From a virus (taxonomy: Duplodnaviria > Caudoviricetes): a stretch of 64,000 nucleotides of DNA. Where the stretch lies: positions 1-64,000 of the IMG/VR virus record IMGVR_UViG_3300028649_000004. One strand, written 5' to 3'. This document shows positions 22,486 to 36,232 of the stretch, in pieces. A model generated the notes under the pieces. That model worked only from the letters and a program-made list of their open reading frames with translations, was not told the origin of the DNA and made no database searches. Both the position numbers and the translations under genes were made by a program. Each line of letters starts with the position of its first letter. The stretch's first letter is position 1.

Positions 22486-23242
22486 TCATTCTAAATCTAA
22501 TATTATTTTATATACTTCCTCATATTGTTTACTATCTTCAACATTATTGATTAAATCTGCTATTTTTGATTTTAATAAGTTCCATTTATCCAGTTGTTTA
22601 AATTTATTATTATCTGTAACACCATTAATAACTTCTGTTCTGCTTGTAAGTTTATCTATTCTGACCATAGTAGATTTATCAATTATCAATTCGTCTCCAC
22701 ATAAATATATTATAATTTCTTTATCTGTTTCATCCCATTGATCTTCATCGTCTTCGTCTGAATAAGTTGAGAAATCAATTTCTTTTCCATCTTTATATGT
22801 ATTTATTGCTTCCCCAAATCCGTAAATATATAAATTAAATTCTATTTCTCCTAAGTTTGAATTGGCTTTAAAAATACCGTATCTATTTTTGTTTCTTAGT
22901 TCCATATTACTTATCCTCCTCTTTGTTTTCAATTACAATTTTATACACATAATCTTTTTTATCATAGTCCCAGTCATCTTTTAAATCCCAGTTGATTTTA
23001 TTTTTATTTAACAAATCAATTGTTTTAACTTGTTCTTCAGATAATGAATTAAATTCTTTGGCTAACTTATTTATAAACTCTTGGCATCTTCCATCAATAT
23101 CATTTATAAATTTTTCTATATCTTTTGTATCTAGTTCATTTTTCTCTAAATCCTCTTTTATGTATTTAAAATCTTGTATACTAAAGTTATTATAGCCTAC
23201 AAATTTATTTATTAATTGTATTAATTCATTCATTTTTATCAC
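22486..23242 (-). CDS. Two hypothetical proteins (22486-22905, 22907-23242)
   Basis: ORFs with RBSs. Confidence 0.6.
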
Positions 23243-23308
23243 TTCTCCTTGTTTTATTTATTTTATTAACATTCTATTAAATTCAAGATTTTAACATAAT
23301 TTTACATT

Positions 23309-24529
23309 TTAAAACGGTCTTCTATTCTTTTGTGACCAAGTTTCCCATTCTTTGGTCGCCACTATTCTTATCGGTTTAACTTTCTTGAATGTAATTGTTC
23401 CTCCATTGGAGTTGTAAATATCCTTTTCGGTCACTTCTAATTCTAACAACTTTATATTATCTTCTTTACTGTAATAGTGACTATCTTTTATTGTTTTCTT
23501 ATAATTACAATAAATTCTTTCATCACCCGTAGTAGCTTCAACAACTTCTCCTATTTTATATTCAAAATTATTATCATAACAACTAATCAATTTACCATCT
23601 TTTAATTCTACAAATTTATAAAATTTGTTTTCTTTAAAATAATTCTCAGCAGGAACTTTTTCATATTTTTTATCATCTTTTATCCCTTCAAAATAAGTTA
23701 ACTGTCTATATGTATTAATCCTATATCTTTCATTCTTAATTTCTAAGTATTTTAAAGGTCTATTTAATAAAGATTCAATTAAATCATCTACATCATTGAA
23801 ATTAACTCTTTGATCATCTGGTACTCCCTTAAAATAATCTTCTTCTAAATACAAATCTTTTAATTTATCTACTACCTCAACTAAATCAACCTGCCCATCT
23901 TCTTTAACTTCAACATCTTTTAATATTTTAGTAAAATCTAAACCATACATACCACCAAGTTGCTCTTTTAACTCATCTATAGTATTAATTTTTAAACTCA
24001 TACAAGTTAATAATATTCTTATAAATTCTGATTTTGAAATATTATATCCTTTATTCTTATACTTGTCTACTCTTAACATCGACATTATTGGATAAGATGT
24101 ATTGCTATTAAAATTCAATACATTTTGAATATTATCAAGTAAGAATTTATCATGCAATACAAACTCTTCTGTATAGAAATCAAAAGCTCCCATACAAACT
24201 GTAAAATCAAATGTATCAAATATTTCTTGTGCATTATTAAATCTTTTAAAGTGTATTAGTTGTACCATTTTATTATAGTCATTTTTAAATAGTGTTGCCT
24301 TTTTAGTATGTGTAGCAATCCAATAACCATCATATACATCAGCAATAACTTCAATTAAATCATCGTCATTTCTAAAATAAACATCTATATCATTAATATC
24401 TCTATTTGTAAAAATACTATTTATACAACCTCCAGCAATAATTGCGTTGTTTTCTTTAAATGTTTTTACTAAGTTTTCCCCTAGATAATTATATAACTTT
24501 CTTTTTTGATATTCATAATTTATACTCAT
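23309..24529 (-). CDS. Pol-beta-superfamily nucleotidyltransferase (poly(A) polymerase/CCA-head-like)
   Basis: IIAGGCINS...DINDIDVYF and FDFTVC motifs. Confidence 0.8.
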   Translation of the reverse strand: MSINYEYQKRKLYNYLGENLVKTFKENNAIIAGGCINSIFTNRDINDIDVYFRNDDDLIEVIADVYDGYWIATHTKKATLFKNDYNKMVQLIHFKRFNNAQEIFDTFDFTVCMGAFDFYTEEFVLHDKFLLDNIQNVLNFNSNTSYPIMSMLRVDKYKNKGYNISKSEFIRILLTCMSLKINTIDELKEQLGGMYGLDFTKILKDVEVKEDGQVDLVEVVDKLKDLYLEEDYFKGVPDDQRVNFNDVDDLIESLLNRPLKYLEIKNERYRINTYRQLTYFEGIKDDKKYEKVPAENYFKENKFYKFVELKDGKLISCYDNNFEYKIGEVVEATTGDERIYCNYKKTIKDSHYYSKEDNIKLLELEVTEKDIYNSNGGTITFKKVKPIRIVATKEWETWSQKNRRPF

Positions 24530-24594
24530 TTTACCATACTCCCTTTATTTTTATTTATTATAACCTTTTAAAATTTCCATTTTAAGACAATTTT

Positions 24595-25137
24595 CTATAA
24601 TAAATTTGCTAAAATTTTAATTATATTTTTTAATTCTTTTATCTGATTATTTAATTTTGAATTTATTGCATTATCTATATCATTTTCTTCTTGCATTCTC
24701 ATAATTTCTTTTTCTCTATTGGTCAATATATTATTTAGATCATCTTCTTTCTTAGCTTGTTCCATTGATTTATATTCTAATTCTGATATGTATGATTTTT
24801 GTTTATCTATATCATTTTCTAGTTTTTGTCTAAAATTACCTAATGATATATTTGCTAGTTTATATTCTTTATTTTCTTCTTCTAATGTATCAATGTTATT
24901 TTTAGCATTAGTAAATCATTCATCTAATTGTCTTTTATCATCTTTTAATATCTCATTTTCTTTTTCAAGCCTAAAACATTCTAATTCATAATCTGTTCCA
25001 GCAGGATATTGATTACCACATATTTTACTATCTGTACATTTTCCTTTTTTATTTTTAGGACATTTTTCGCTTTCTTGGTAACAGGTTTTATTTTCCTTAT
25101 CTATTGCATATTGTAATTGTTCTTCTGCATAATTCAT
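24595..25137 (-). pseudogene. Coiled-coil protein gene split by one in-frame TGA at 24916-24918
   Basis: Frame stays open for about 106 codons past the TGA (FTNAKNNIDTLEEE...ILANLL). Confidence 0.7.
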
Positions 25138-25175
25138 AAATTTTACCTCTCTTTTTATTAATTTATTAAAATATA

Positions 25176-28100
25176 TTATTCAAATTCCCATCCATTTAAA
25201 ATACAATTTTCCAACCCTTTTAATATGTATATAGCCCTATGTACTAATACCTCTTTAGCAAAAGCTTGACTCATAGGAATATCCCCTAAGTTGTTTTCTT
25301 GCTCATATTTTTGCTTCTCCCACATGATGTTTCTTCCATAATCTCTCGTATGTATTCTATTGATAATTTGCCATATGTATCCTTGGTCTTGTTTATATTT
25401 ATCACAGAACTCTTCTATTCTCTCTTGAAGAAATTCTCCACTACACATTGTCATATCAACACCTCCATTTTTATTATTATTTATCTTAATTTATTACCTT
25501 TAAGATTATCTTACTACTTGTGCTAATTACTGTCAACACTTATTTCCATTAATTTGTTTGTTTATATTTCATCCATATTATAGTCCTCTCTAATATAATC
25601 TATTAAATCATTAATAGTTTCCTTAATATGTTCATCATCTCTTAAAATAGGATGAATTTTAGCCATACATGAACCTTTTGCTCCTTCTGATTTATATTTC
25701 TTATAGTTAAAATCTACCCACAACAAGGGCATTTTTGTTAGGTTTTTAGTTAATAATCTTTGTAATAGTTTCATTTATTTTTCACTCCAATCTTTTAAAA
25801 TTAAATTTTTATCTACTTGTCTATAAAATATTATTCGTTTAAAATTTTATTAATATATGGACTTTTGGTATGTTTAGTTCCATCTATTTTATCAGCCACA
25901 CATGAAAAAGCTTCAAATATTCCATCCCTATATCCCTGTACATATAACTTTTTATCATTTTCTAAAATTAATAGTTTGTCACAAACTTTTTCAAATTCAT
26001 TTTCAAATTTGTGTAACAGTTCTTTTAATGATTCATTCTCATTCATTTTTTATTTCATCCTTTCTTAATTCATTTTCAGTTAAACCTAAAGTTTTATATG
26101 CTTGTACTATTTCTAATTTAGGGCAGTATGCCCTATAACTTAAACATCCTTTTTCAATGGATAAATACTTGATAAAATAGACATATCTTTTTTTAATGCT
26201 TCAATAATAAAGTCATCACATTCTATAATACTTTTGAGAGATTCTTGATTCTCCAATTTTGACATATTTCTTTTATGTTTTTGTAAATCAGCTATTTTAT
26301 GTTTTATACACACTGTACCATTATCTATTGCATTAAATAAATCTACATATATTCCATAAGGAATATAGACCAATGCTCCATTCGATTCAAATGATTCAAC
26401 AGTTAAACCACCATTTTTATACTTATTCATATCTTGAATACCAATATTAGGTCTTTTATCAATGGGTATAGATTTCATATCTATTAAATCTTCTTCATAA
26501 TTTTCTTCACTATTCAACACTATATCACCTTCTCAATCTTATATTCACCTAAATATTTAAATCCTTTTCTTGCCATTAATGCATATTCGCCCTCTTTATC
26601 TGCTGATAAATCAAGTTCATATACAGATGAAATATAAGGTTCTATAGCTTTTGTTATAGCTTTTAAGTCAATAGTATCCGTCTTTATTTCAAATGATTCA
26701 TTATTGATTCCAATATTTTTAAAACTTATCTTATACATCTAGTAACACCCCTTTAAATATATTATTTAATAGTGTTACCATAACATGAAAGATATATACT
26801 TATGACCAAATAAAAGTAATAATTTGTTTAAATATTGAACACACCAAAATAACAACCATCTAAAATTTTTGAAGTTTTATATGTAATAGAACCATCCAAC
26901 TCATAAATAACCTTTTCTATAGTTTCTTCACTTCCATCTATATTTACACAACTACCTTCTTTAAATTCTAAACTCCCTACTTCATGTTCATAGAATTTCT
27001 CCCATTTATCTATTTTTAACATTGGAATAGGAATTCTAGAAATTTTGCTTGCCTCCTCATTAATAGAAGTATATTTTCCTAAAAACACTGCTTTCATAAT
27101 ATTAATCCCCTTTCATTATTTATTAACTCTTTGTAAAAGAAGTATTTTAGCATAACTTACCATTTAATTAAATGTTGAACTAGCAATTACATATGGAATC
27201 TCTAGTTCATTTCCTCTTACTTCATCAGTTATTATATTATACTTTAACAGAGTCCATATATTTGTATCACCAGTTGTATCTTTAATATTTCTATACCTAT
27301 TAATTAATTCTAATAATAAATCATCGTCTTGACTCAGATTTATTTGAATGTCATCATCCTTTTGAATTTCTTTAACTTCCAAGTCACATTCTTGTATGTT
27401 TTCAAAATTCATCTCTTTAAGAAAATACTCAACGGCATCCTCCTTTGTTTCAGCTACTATGAAATGTTCCTCACCATCATCTATTCTAAATATTTTTAAA
27501 TTTGTTTCTAAATAAATATTATTTACCACCTTTCTTTTCATCAATTTCAATCTCCATATCTTCTAACATAGTTGTTTCAATTTCAATACCTTTTTCACAT
27601 TCTTTTCCTAACCCATCAGTTTGTATAATTCCTATGCCCTCATAATGTTGACTATTATTATCCATAATTGAATAGCACATATATTCAGCTAAGGATTTAA
27701 TCTTATCACCTTTTAACTTATGTATATCTCTTTCAAATTCAGTAATTAAATCTTTGTCTATTTCATCCTCATCAATTTTAATATAATATTCATCTGTTCT
27801 AGTTACTACACATTTAAAAATTCTTTCCATTGTTATTATCTCCTTTATTCTTTTAATTTATTATATTCTTGTAAAATGACAAAATTAAATACTCTTTTAG
27901 ATTTCTTTACACCATATTGGTTTTATAGTATAAAGTTCTATAAAACCAAACTCTCCATCTTTACTTATATCAATCACTCTTTTACCATCACAATCATCAA
28001 CCCAATATGTAGCATTCCCTAACTCATAATTAGCTTTTAAATGTTCATCTTGTAATGCGATTTCTTTATCAAATATATACTTTTTATTACTTTTAAATTC

Positions 28101-31100
28101 ATTTAACATTTTAATAATCCCTCCTTTAATATCTAATATATCCTACTACACCAGTTTGAATATTTCTAACTTTATAATCATAACAATCTTTTCCTATGTA
28201 TTCATATTTATTTATATCCATTCCATGTTCCTGTAAGAATTTATAAAATTGTTCTGACATTTTTAATTTATTCATCTTTATCACCTACTATCTTAGTTAA
28301 TTCTTTATATATTAAATCATCAAGGTTATCTTGACATCTTACTTTTGTATAGACTTTATAACAAATCTTTTGCAAGTCAGCTTCATTTAATTTAATTTCT
28401 AAGTCTGATAAAATATCTTCCACTGTTTGTATCATATATTTTATAATCAAATCTGCATATAATACTCTATTATCTTTTAATTTATTAAACTTATATTCAA
28501 AGTCTTTTTCGTTCATTTTTATTTCTCCCTTCAATTCATTTAAATTCTTCATTTGATGGTCTTTTTAATATTGCTCGTTGTTATCAATATTATAAAATCC
28601 ATCTTTTGTACTATACCAATTTGCTAATTTAAATCCTATTTCGCTTATATCTATATATTCTTCATCCGTCCATTCTTCTAGTTCTTCATTCGTTATTCCT
28701 AAATCGTTTAATACACCTCTGTTGTCCTCGTTATTATCTATTAAAATATATTCACACTCACCGTTACTTATCGAACTTTCCACAACTTCAATATTATTTA
28801 ACATTTTTAGTTTTTCATTTTCTGTTAATTTCATAATTTATTTCCTCCTTAATTATACTTTAATTCCTTTATTTAATATCTTTTAATTTAACTACATATA
28901 TAATATTTAAAACAATTATTTTCAAAATCTTCCTTTAATAAAATATTTATTTGTTCTATAGTTTCTTTTATCTCATTAATAATTCCAGTGTAAGCTACGC
29001 ATCTAAAAACTACCTTGTCAATTTCGTTGTTAATTTCAACTCTACCAACTTTAAAGTCTGAAATTTTATAATTATAGTTATCCCATTTACCGTCTATTAA
29101 CTCTTGACAATGATTATAAAATTTTTCTATATCACTTTTAGTTAACAAATATCCACCATAAGGCATTGCATTTTCTGGTTCTTCACTAAACCATTTATCT
29201 AACCAATAAGCTTTTCTCCAATAGCAAACTTCTTCCTCTTTGTTCTCTTCATGATTATAATTGTAATCAAAACTATTATTTAAATAATCATCAAATTCAT
29301 CTTGATTTTTACATTTAACTCCTTTGTATTTGTAAATATAAATATCCATTCCCATTTTTATTCCTCCTAAATTATTCTATTACTTCCCACTTAAAATCTT
29401 TACTTTTCCAGCCATTATCTTGACATATTCTTCTTTTTGCACTAGCGATTGTACTAGCCCATATGTTTTGCAGTAAATCGTCACTATATCCACCACTATT
29501 AAGTATCTCCACATATAGTTTAACATCAAATACATTACCATTAGGGATTATTTTAGCTATATATCTAACTTCTCGTTCTTCTTTTATCTCAGTCAACCTT
29601 CCAACTATCATTTTTTTTATACCTCCTAAAACCCATATTCATGCCATTCTTATTTTACAATATTACCATAAAATGGCTCTTTTAACAAAACTAGACATAA
29701 TCTTTAATATTCATTATATTAAAATTATTCTATCTTTAGATCCTTTGTACTTTCTCTTCCTTACTTTTCATTTCTTTAAAGTACTTTATAATCGCTTCCA
29801 CTTGTTGAGGCGTACATTCTTTAACTACCTTCTTTGCTTTGAACTCATCCATTTTTTTATAAATTTCAGTCATATCTTTTGGATAATGAACTATAATTTT
29901 CATACCAATCCCTCCGCATTCCTAATAGAATTATTGCTTTATAAGCTTTATTAAATTTTCAAGTATTTCTTTGGTAATAAATATTGCTCCAACTGATTCT
30001 TTATAATCAGGATTAAATTGAAATATAAATCCATGATTACTACTTGGATTGTTTTTACTTTTAAAATTTGAATATAATTCTAATCCATCAACTTCACCTA
30101 TTTTTACATATCCCATTTCTATTAAACTTTCTTTTGTCACAACTATCTCTCCTTCATTATAGAATTATTTATCTTTTAATATTCTTCTATCTTCTCCCCA
30201 TACTTCCTTACATTTAGAACATTGATATTCTCCACCTTCATCATCGTCCCCAAACCACTCAACTTTTCCTTCACAATAGGGACATATATAATAACCATCT
30301 TTAAGTATTTTTAATTCTCTATATCTAGGCATTTTATTTTATTTCACCTCACTATTGTTCATCTTCGTAATAATATTCAGTATCTCTACTTCCACAATTA
30401 GGACAAAAATTAGTCGAACCACACTCATCTAAAAAGTATGATTTTGATATGCTATCACAAGATTTACAGTGTATATAAAAATCATTAACCCATTTACATT
30501 TCACCTCACTTCGTTTAATAGATAGAATTTATCTAAACTCATTTTAATCATTTTTATATTATTTTCTATTTTTTAAATAGGTTTCACATTCTCTCATATT
30601 TTCACAAGTACGTGGTTCACAACATTCATTTGTATTAGAGTTTTCCATATATTTAAACTTACGTCCTTCATCTTCTTTATATACGTCAAAAGCCACAACA
30701 AAATTACATTCTTTATTAAGTTTAGAACATTTACCATTAATATTTTTAAATTCCATTTTAAATTCCTCCTCGTATTTACCATCAAATATAGTTTTTAAGG
30801 TCTTTTTATATATCTAATAGTATACCATTATAATCAATACCGTGACTTTCTAAATATTCATCTAATTTAGACTTTAACCAGTCTAATTCTACTCCATCAA
30901 TACTATTTAAACTTAATGTTATTTTCCCAATACTTTTAACCTCATTGCCATCTCTTTCAATTTTTGAAAATTGAATTCTATCAATATCAATTTCTTTCTC
31001 TGCTAAGGCTTTTCTTATACCTCTTTTAATAGTGTCATTTGTCATAATTTAATTCACTCCATTCAATTATTAATATTATATCCAAATTATATGTATCTGT

Positions 31101-32817
31101 CATTACTTATTAGCTTACTCTAAGTATAATTCTTCCAGCACAATAAGTCAATACTATTTCTATTAATTTGTTTAGATAATATAAAAAGTTTCTAACAAAT
31201 TTATTCTCTGCTAGAAACTTCTATGTTGGTGTTTATTTATTTAATTCTATAAATTTATCTTTAGAAATAATTAAACTATATATAAGCAATATTGATGCCA
31301 ATGAATTAATCATAGGGCATACTGAAACAATACATACTAATAATACACTATGATTTTGTTGTTTTAATGAATTCAATTTTAAGCGTATTTTTACCAAATT
31401 ATAAAGTAGTATGTATGATATTATTGATATTAAATAAAAATTAGACATTATTATTTTCCACCTTTCTTTATCTTAATTTATTTTCAAGTTATAATTAGAA
31501 TTTTAATATAAAATCATATCATCAATATCACTAAATTTTAACCAATTACCATGTTCACCAGCGTCAATTAATATTTCTTCATCACTAATTGCATCAATAC
31601 AAACTTGTTCATAGTATTCACAATCAGTTGTATGTATACAAACTATATTACCCTTGACAAAATATTTATCTCCTACTCTTAGTACGTCTACTCTTTCCAC
31701 TTTCATAATTTATCTTTAGTCCTCCTCTTTTTCTATATATCCATCAGAATCAATTTTTAAATTATATTTGTCTAGAACACTATCCATTCTATTATCATAT
31801 TCTCCATCAAAATATGCTTTTCTAAATGCATTGTACATTATTATAATATCTTTTCTTACCTCTTTATTCTCCATTAATTTACTCTCCTTTCAACTTCCAA
31901 TGAAACATTTATTTTAAGTTAATTTATTTATCTTATTCACACTATTTCATTTCCTTCCAATTACTTGTTTAAATCTTGAATTCTACGCTTTATTTCTTTT
32001 ACACGTTCAAGTTTAACTTTTCTATAATTTTGTAATCCTGTTTGTTTTTCATATGCTTTAATTGCATCTTCTGTCTCAAATATTAATAAGTCCATTCCTT
32101 GTAATATAAGTTCTAGTTCCTCATATTTAAATTCTTTCACCTCAATACCTCCGTTCTCTTTATTTTATTAATTTATTATTGATTTAGATTCGAACAGAAA
32201 TTTAATTCTGCCCTATTTACCATATCCTAGTTCTTTATGAATTTCATGAAATTCTAAAATAAATTTTTCTATCATGATTCTTTCTACATTAGTCAAATTT
32301 TCTAGAATTCCTTGAGTATACTCCCTACCTTTATCAGTTAAATTTCTTTCATTATCTAAAAAATTTCCTTCAATTAGTTTTTCTACAGTTTTTTCACCAC
32401 TTAATCCATTTTCAAATACTGCTCCTATTGGATGTTTTCTTTCTGTTTTTGAAATCATTATATCTATCTCCTTTAAAATTCTAATAAAGATATTATAACA
32501 TATTTTCAATCATTTTAAATATTTAAAACTGTTGGAAATCCTAAATATTGTACACTATCCACATCTTCTTGTTCCACATACATCTTAATATTTTCTTCAA
32601 TATTATTATGATTTATTTCTTCAATATCATCGTCGCCATCACTATAGTTAATCAATATTAATGGTTTGCTTTTATTATCTATAATTTCTGGTAAACTGCC
32701 ATAATGTTTCCCTTGACCAATAAAATTACTATTTATAAAATTCTTAATTGTTTCATAATTTTCACCTCTTATATCAAAAAATTGTTCTCCATCTAAATCT
32801 AAAAACATTCTTTTCAT
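25176..32817 (-). CDS. Array of more than 20 small hypothetical phage genes (about 60-155 aa)
   Basis: Co-oriented ORFs each with an AGGAG-type RBS; e.g. 28888-29355 with the MGMD...YWRK motif common in phage proteins. Confidence 0.65.
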
Positions 32818-32871
32818 TTTTATTCCTCCTTTTATTTACCTTAAAATAACATACTTATTTGGTTTTTATTA

Positions 32872-33144
32872 TTAATATAGTCTTACTTGATAATATTTTC
32901 TTAGACTAATCATAGCTTTCTTTTCCAACCTAGAAATCAATGTTTGTGATTTCCATAACATATTTGCAACATTATATTGTGATTCTCCTTCAAAAAATCT
33001 TAATCTTATAACTTCTTGTTGAATTGGTTCTAGCTGAGATAATGCTCTATTCAAATCTAATTTAGTTATTAATTTATCTTCATAATTAATCTGTAATTTA
33101 TTTATGTAATTTTTTATATTTACTTCTTCAAATACTTTGTTCAT
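32872..33144 (-). CDS. Stand-alone sigma-70 region 4 protein resembling sporulation SigF/SigG C-terminus
   Basis: ALSQLEPIQQEVIRLRFFEGESQYNVANMLWKSQTLISRLEKKA; AAAAGGAGG RBS before ATG at 33144; no region 2. Confidence 0.8.
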   Translation of the reverse strand: MNKVFEEVNIKNYINKLQINYEDKLITKLDLNRALSQLEPIQQEVIRLRFFEGESQYNVANMLWKSQTLISRLEKKAMISLRKYYQVRLY

Positions 33145-33286
33145 ATATCCTCCTTTTAAACTTACAATCAAATCCATATTTTATTGGAATATTCGACATT
33201 ATTTCCTAAATTCAACTAACCAAGCATTAGTATAACTAGCTTTAAAATTGAAATTTAGGAAATAATCTATTTTTATAATTTATTTA

Positions 33287-33697
33287 TTACTTTAGCATGT
33301 CTGCAATTTCATCCAACTCCAATTCAGTTTTCTTTTCATCAGATAATAACTTATCTAATTTAGCTTCCATAACTTTAAGTTTTATTTCTTCATCTTTTCT
33401 AGAAAGTATATCTAATTTAGTTCTTATATCTATAATCCATTCTCCTACCTTGTATCCACTTATTTTATAATCATCTAACATTCCTAAGTCTTTAGCTGAT
33501 AACATATAACAGTTTAATCTAACCATGAGTGGAATCAATTGTTCTTTTTGCAAAGTATTCAAGTTATATCTTTGTCCATCTAATTCAATTGAACAATTTG
33601 TTATAGGCACAAATCTATTAATACCTTCTAATTTAGTTTTCTTTTCTGTAATTTGTTTCTTTAACTCCATTATCTTTTTATCATTTATATTACTCAT
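33287..33697 (-). CDS. Hypothetical coiled-coil phage protein
   Basis: Translationally coupled to the upstream gene. Confidence 0.7.
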   Translation of the reverse strand: MSNINDKKIMELKKQITEKKTKLEGINRFVPITNCSIELDGQRYNLNTLQKEQLIPLMVRLNCYMLSAKDLGMLDDYKISGYKVGEWIIDIRTKLDILSRKDEEIKLKVMEAKLDKLLSDEKKTELELDEIADMLK

Positions 33698-34833
33698 TAA
33701 TATCTCTCCCTTTCATATAGCTTTCCATTTTGTAAGTATTTATTTTTGTACATTGGCTGAAATTCATCATAAATTTCTTTAAGTGTTGTATGTTTTATAA
33801 AATGTTCCCTACCATTAGTTTTATCTTCAACGTTGTAATCATCTGAATTATACTCCCCTTGTTCATCTCTTCTTTTATCAATTCTTATTTTAATTCCCAC
33901 TTCATTATTATCGCTTTGATAACAATACAACCATCTATAATCATCTATTGATTCTTTTAGTTCTTCAAAAGTATATTTAAAATAGGCATCTTTGCTTTTA
34001 TCATATGGTGAATATTCAGTTTTTCTTTCTAGTACATCAAATAAATCAGAATAATTTTCTACGCATTCTGAAGATATAATATCTATAAATTTATCTCCCA
34101 AAGATTTAAGCATAAGTGTACTAATATAAGGTTTATTATCATATGTTTTAGATTCTTTTACGAAAAAATGATGTTTTCCTTTATTGACATCTACTCTAAT
34201 GCTTTTATATCTACTATAAGTCGAATACCAAGGACGATTACCATTTGAATCAATATCTTCTACTTCTTCATATTTATAATCCCATTTATCAAATCTGCCC
34301 ATGTAAATCCACTCATTCATTGATTTATCTTTATATGTAGCTCCTAATATCAATTCCTTAGCTTTAAATTTCTTATTTTCAAATAAGACTTCATTAAATT
34401 TTGAAATCTCTTGATAGTCTGGTGAATCTACAGGTATTAATATTAAATCTTTTCCATCCCAGCCGTAAGTAAATAACCCCTCAAGTCCTTTTCCTTTAAT
34501 TGAACTTGTATTCTCAAGAATATATAAAAGATTTTCTATTGTAATTTCAAACTCAAAATCTCTTGGATCATAAACTCTAACATAAGCTTGTCTATGATTC
34601 CAATCACTACAGTAATCTCCTACTTTCTTATTTAAAACAAAACCTTCAGTCGGAACATTATCATATATAATGTTTTCTATATTATTATCTCTCCAACTAT
34701 TCCATGAAGCTTCTTTTCTTAAAACCCCTTTATTATCAAAATAAACAACATAAGCTAATTTCTTTGTATATGTATCACTTCTATTTTGAAACCCTACATT
34801 TATTTGTTTTGGTATAAATATATTACTTTTCAT
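33697..34833 (-). CDS. Hypothetical phage protein
   Basis: 378-aa ORF with RBS. Confidence 0.75.
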   Translation of the reverse strand: MKSNIFIPKQINVGFQNRSDTYTKKLAYVVYFDNKGVLRKEASWNSWRDNNIENIIYDNVPTEGFVLNKKVGDYCSDWNHRQAYVRVYDPRDFEFEITIENLLYILENTSSIKGKGLEGLFTYGWDGKDLILIPVDSPDYQEISKFNEVLFENKKFKAKELILGATYKDKSMNEWIYMGRFDKWDYKYEEVEDIDSNGNRPWYSTYSRYKSIRVDVNKGKHHFFVKESKTYDNKPYISTLMLKSLGDKFIDIISSECVENYSDLFDVLERKTEYSPYDKSKDAYFKYTFEELKESIDDYRWLYCYQSDNNEVGIKIRIDKRRDEQGEYNSDDYNVEDKTNGREHFIKHTTLKEIYDEFQPMYKNKYLQNGKLYERERY

Positions 34834-35641
34834 TTATTCAATTCCTTTCTTCTATTAATTTATTAAGTTCCTGTTAAAGTTAACTTTTTAAAAGCTTTTA
34901 TTATAATTCTATGTATGAACAATATATTCTTCCATCATCACCCCAGTAACAACCAACTTCTTTAACTCCATCTTCCTTTTGATAATGTTCTTGTAACCAT
35001 TTATGATGTTCAATCATACTACTAAAACTTATTGATTTTATATCTCTCATATTACTCACCATCCAATATTTCATTAATTTCTTTTATTTGTCTTTTCACA
35101 AAATCAAAAGCACTAATATCTTCGTCAGTATCCTCAATATCTAACAATATAATATTTCCTTTATATGTAGCCAAATTAAACCCTTCGCCTTTGACTTTGA
35201 ATCTTTCATAATCAGCTCTTAATACTTCACCAATTGATTTGAAACTTTGTAACCCTACTATAATCCCACTTCTTAACCCATCTTTTAATTCTTTATTCAT
35301 AACTTTCATTCTCCTTCAAATTTATTTTTATTTATCTTAATTTATTATTTATACTTTTCTGTAAGAACAACCAGTAAGAATATTACTATTGGCACACCTA
35401 CAGAGAATATTATTGCTTGTATTATTCTTCCTCTAAAATCCACTTATCTTGCATATACAAGAATATAGGGCAAGGTCTATAAGTATTATTAAGTTCTATC
35501 ATTAAATCTCCATATACTCCTTTAAAGAGTTTGAATTTATCATCACCGACTCTTTTAAATTTTCTATGCTTATTTGAAAGTTTGTTTAAAAATGCTATTA
35601 CTTGAAACATTGTACATTCCATTCGTTTATTCCTCCGTATT

Positions 35642-36232
35642 TTATATTTCTGATTCTATAATATCTAGGATTCTATTCATCGTAGCTTCAAAATTATCTT
35701 CATTATTAACTACATAATTACAATAGTCTTTTGCTGGTAAAACTTTTTCATTATCATCTAATGCCCTCCTACAAATTTCAAGACATTGCATATCTTCCAT
35801 TTTACCTTCTCTTGATAAGGATCTTATTAATCTTTCTTGTAATGATACATCAATATAAATACTTACTAATGATTTTTCATAACCTAATTCAGTTAAATAC
35901 TTTTCCATTTGCTTTAAGCCTTGAAAATCTAGAATTACACAATAAGTTATGTCTTTGCTGATGTCAAAACTGTCTTTTGTAACACCATATACCCATGTTG
36001 AATTACCTATGACATTATATAATCTATGTTCAACAAAGTCTCCATTATCTAATATACTGGTTGCAGTTTTATCATCTACAAAATTATATTCAACTCCTTG
36101 GGTTTCTCCTTTTCTCATATCTCTGCTAGTGGTTGATATAATAGGTAGTACAAATTTTCTATCAACTAATTCATTTAATATTTTATCCTTACCTGCTGAA
36201 GATGGTGCAACAATAACTATCATCTTGAACAT
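35642..36232 (-). CDS. gmk: Guanylate kinase-like nucleoside monophosphate kinase
   Basis: APSSAGKD P-loop, ISTTSRDMRKGETQGVEYNFV, WVYG. Confidence 0.85.
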   Translation of the reverse strand: MFKMIVIVAPSSAGKDKILNELVDRKFVLPIISTTSRDMRKGETQGVEYNFVDDKTATSILDNGDFVEHRLYNVIGNSTWVYGVTKDSFDISKDITYCVILDFQGLKQMEKYLTELGYEKSLVSIYIDVSLQERLIRSLSREGKMEDMQCLEICRRALDDNEKVLPAKDYCNYVVNNEDNFEATMNRILDIIESEI

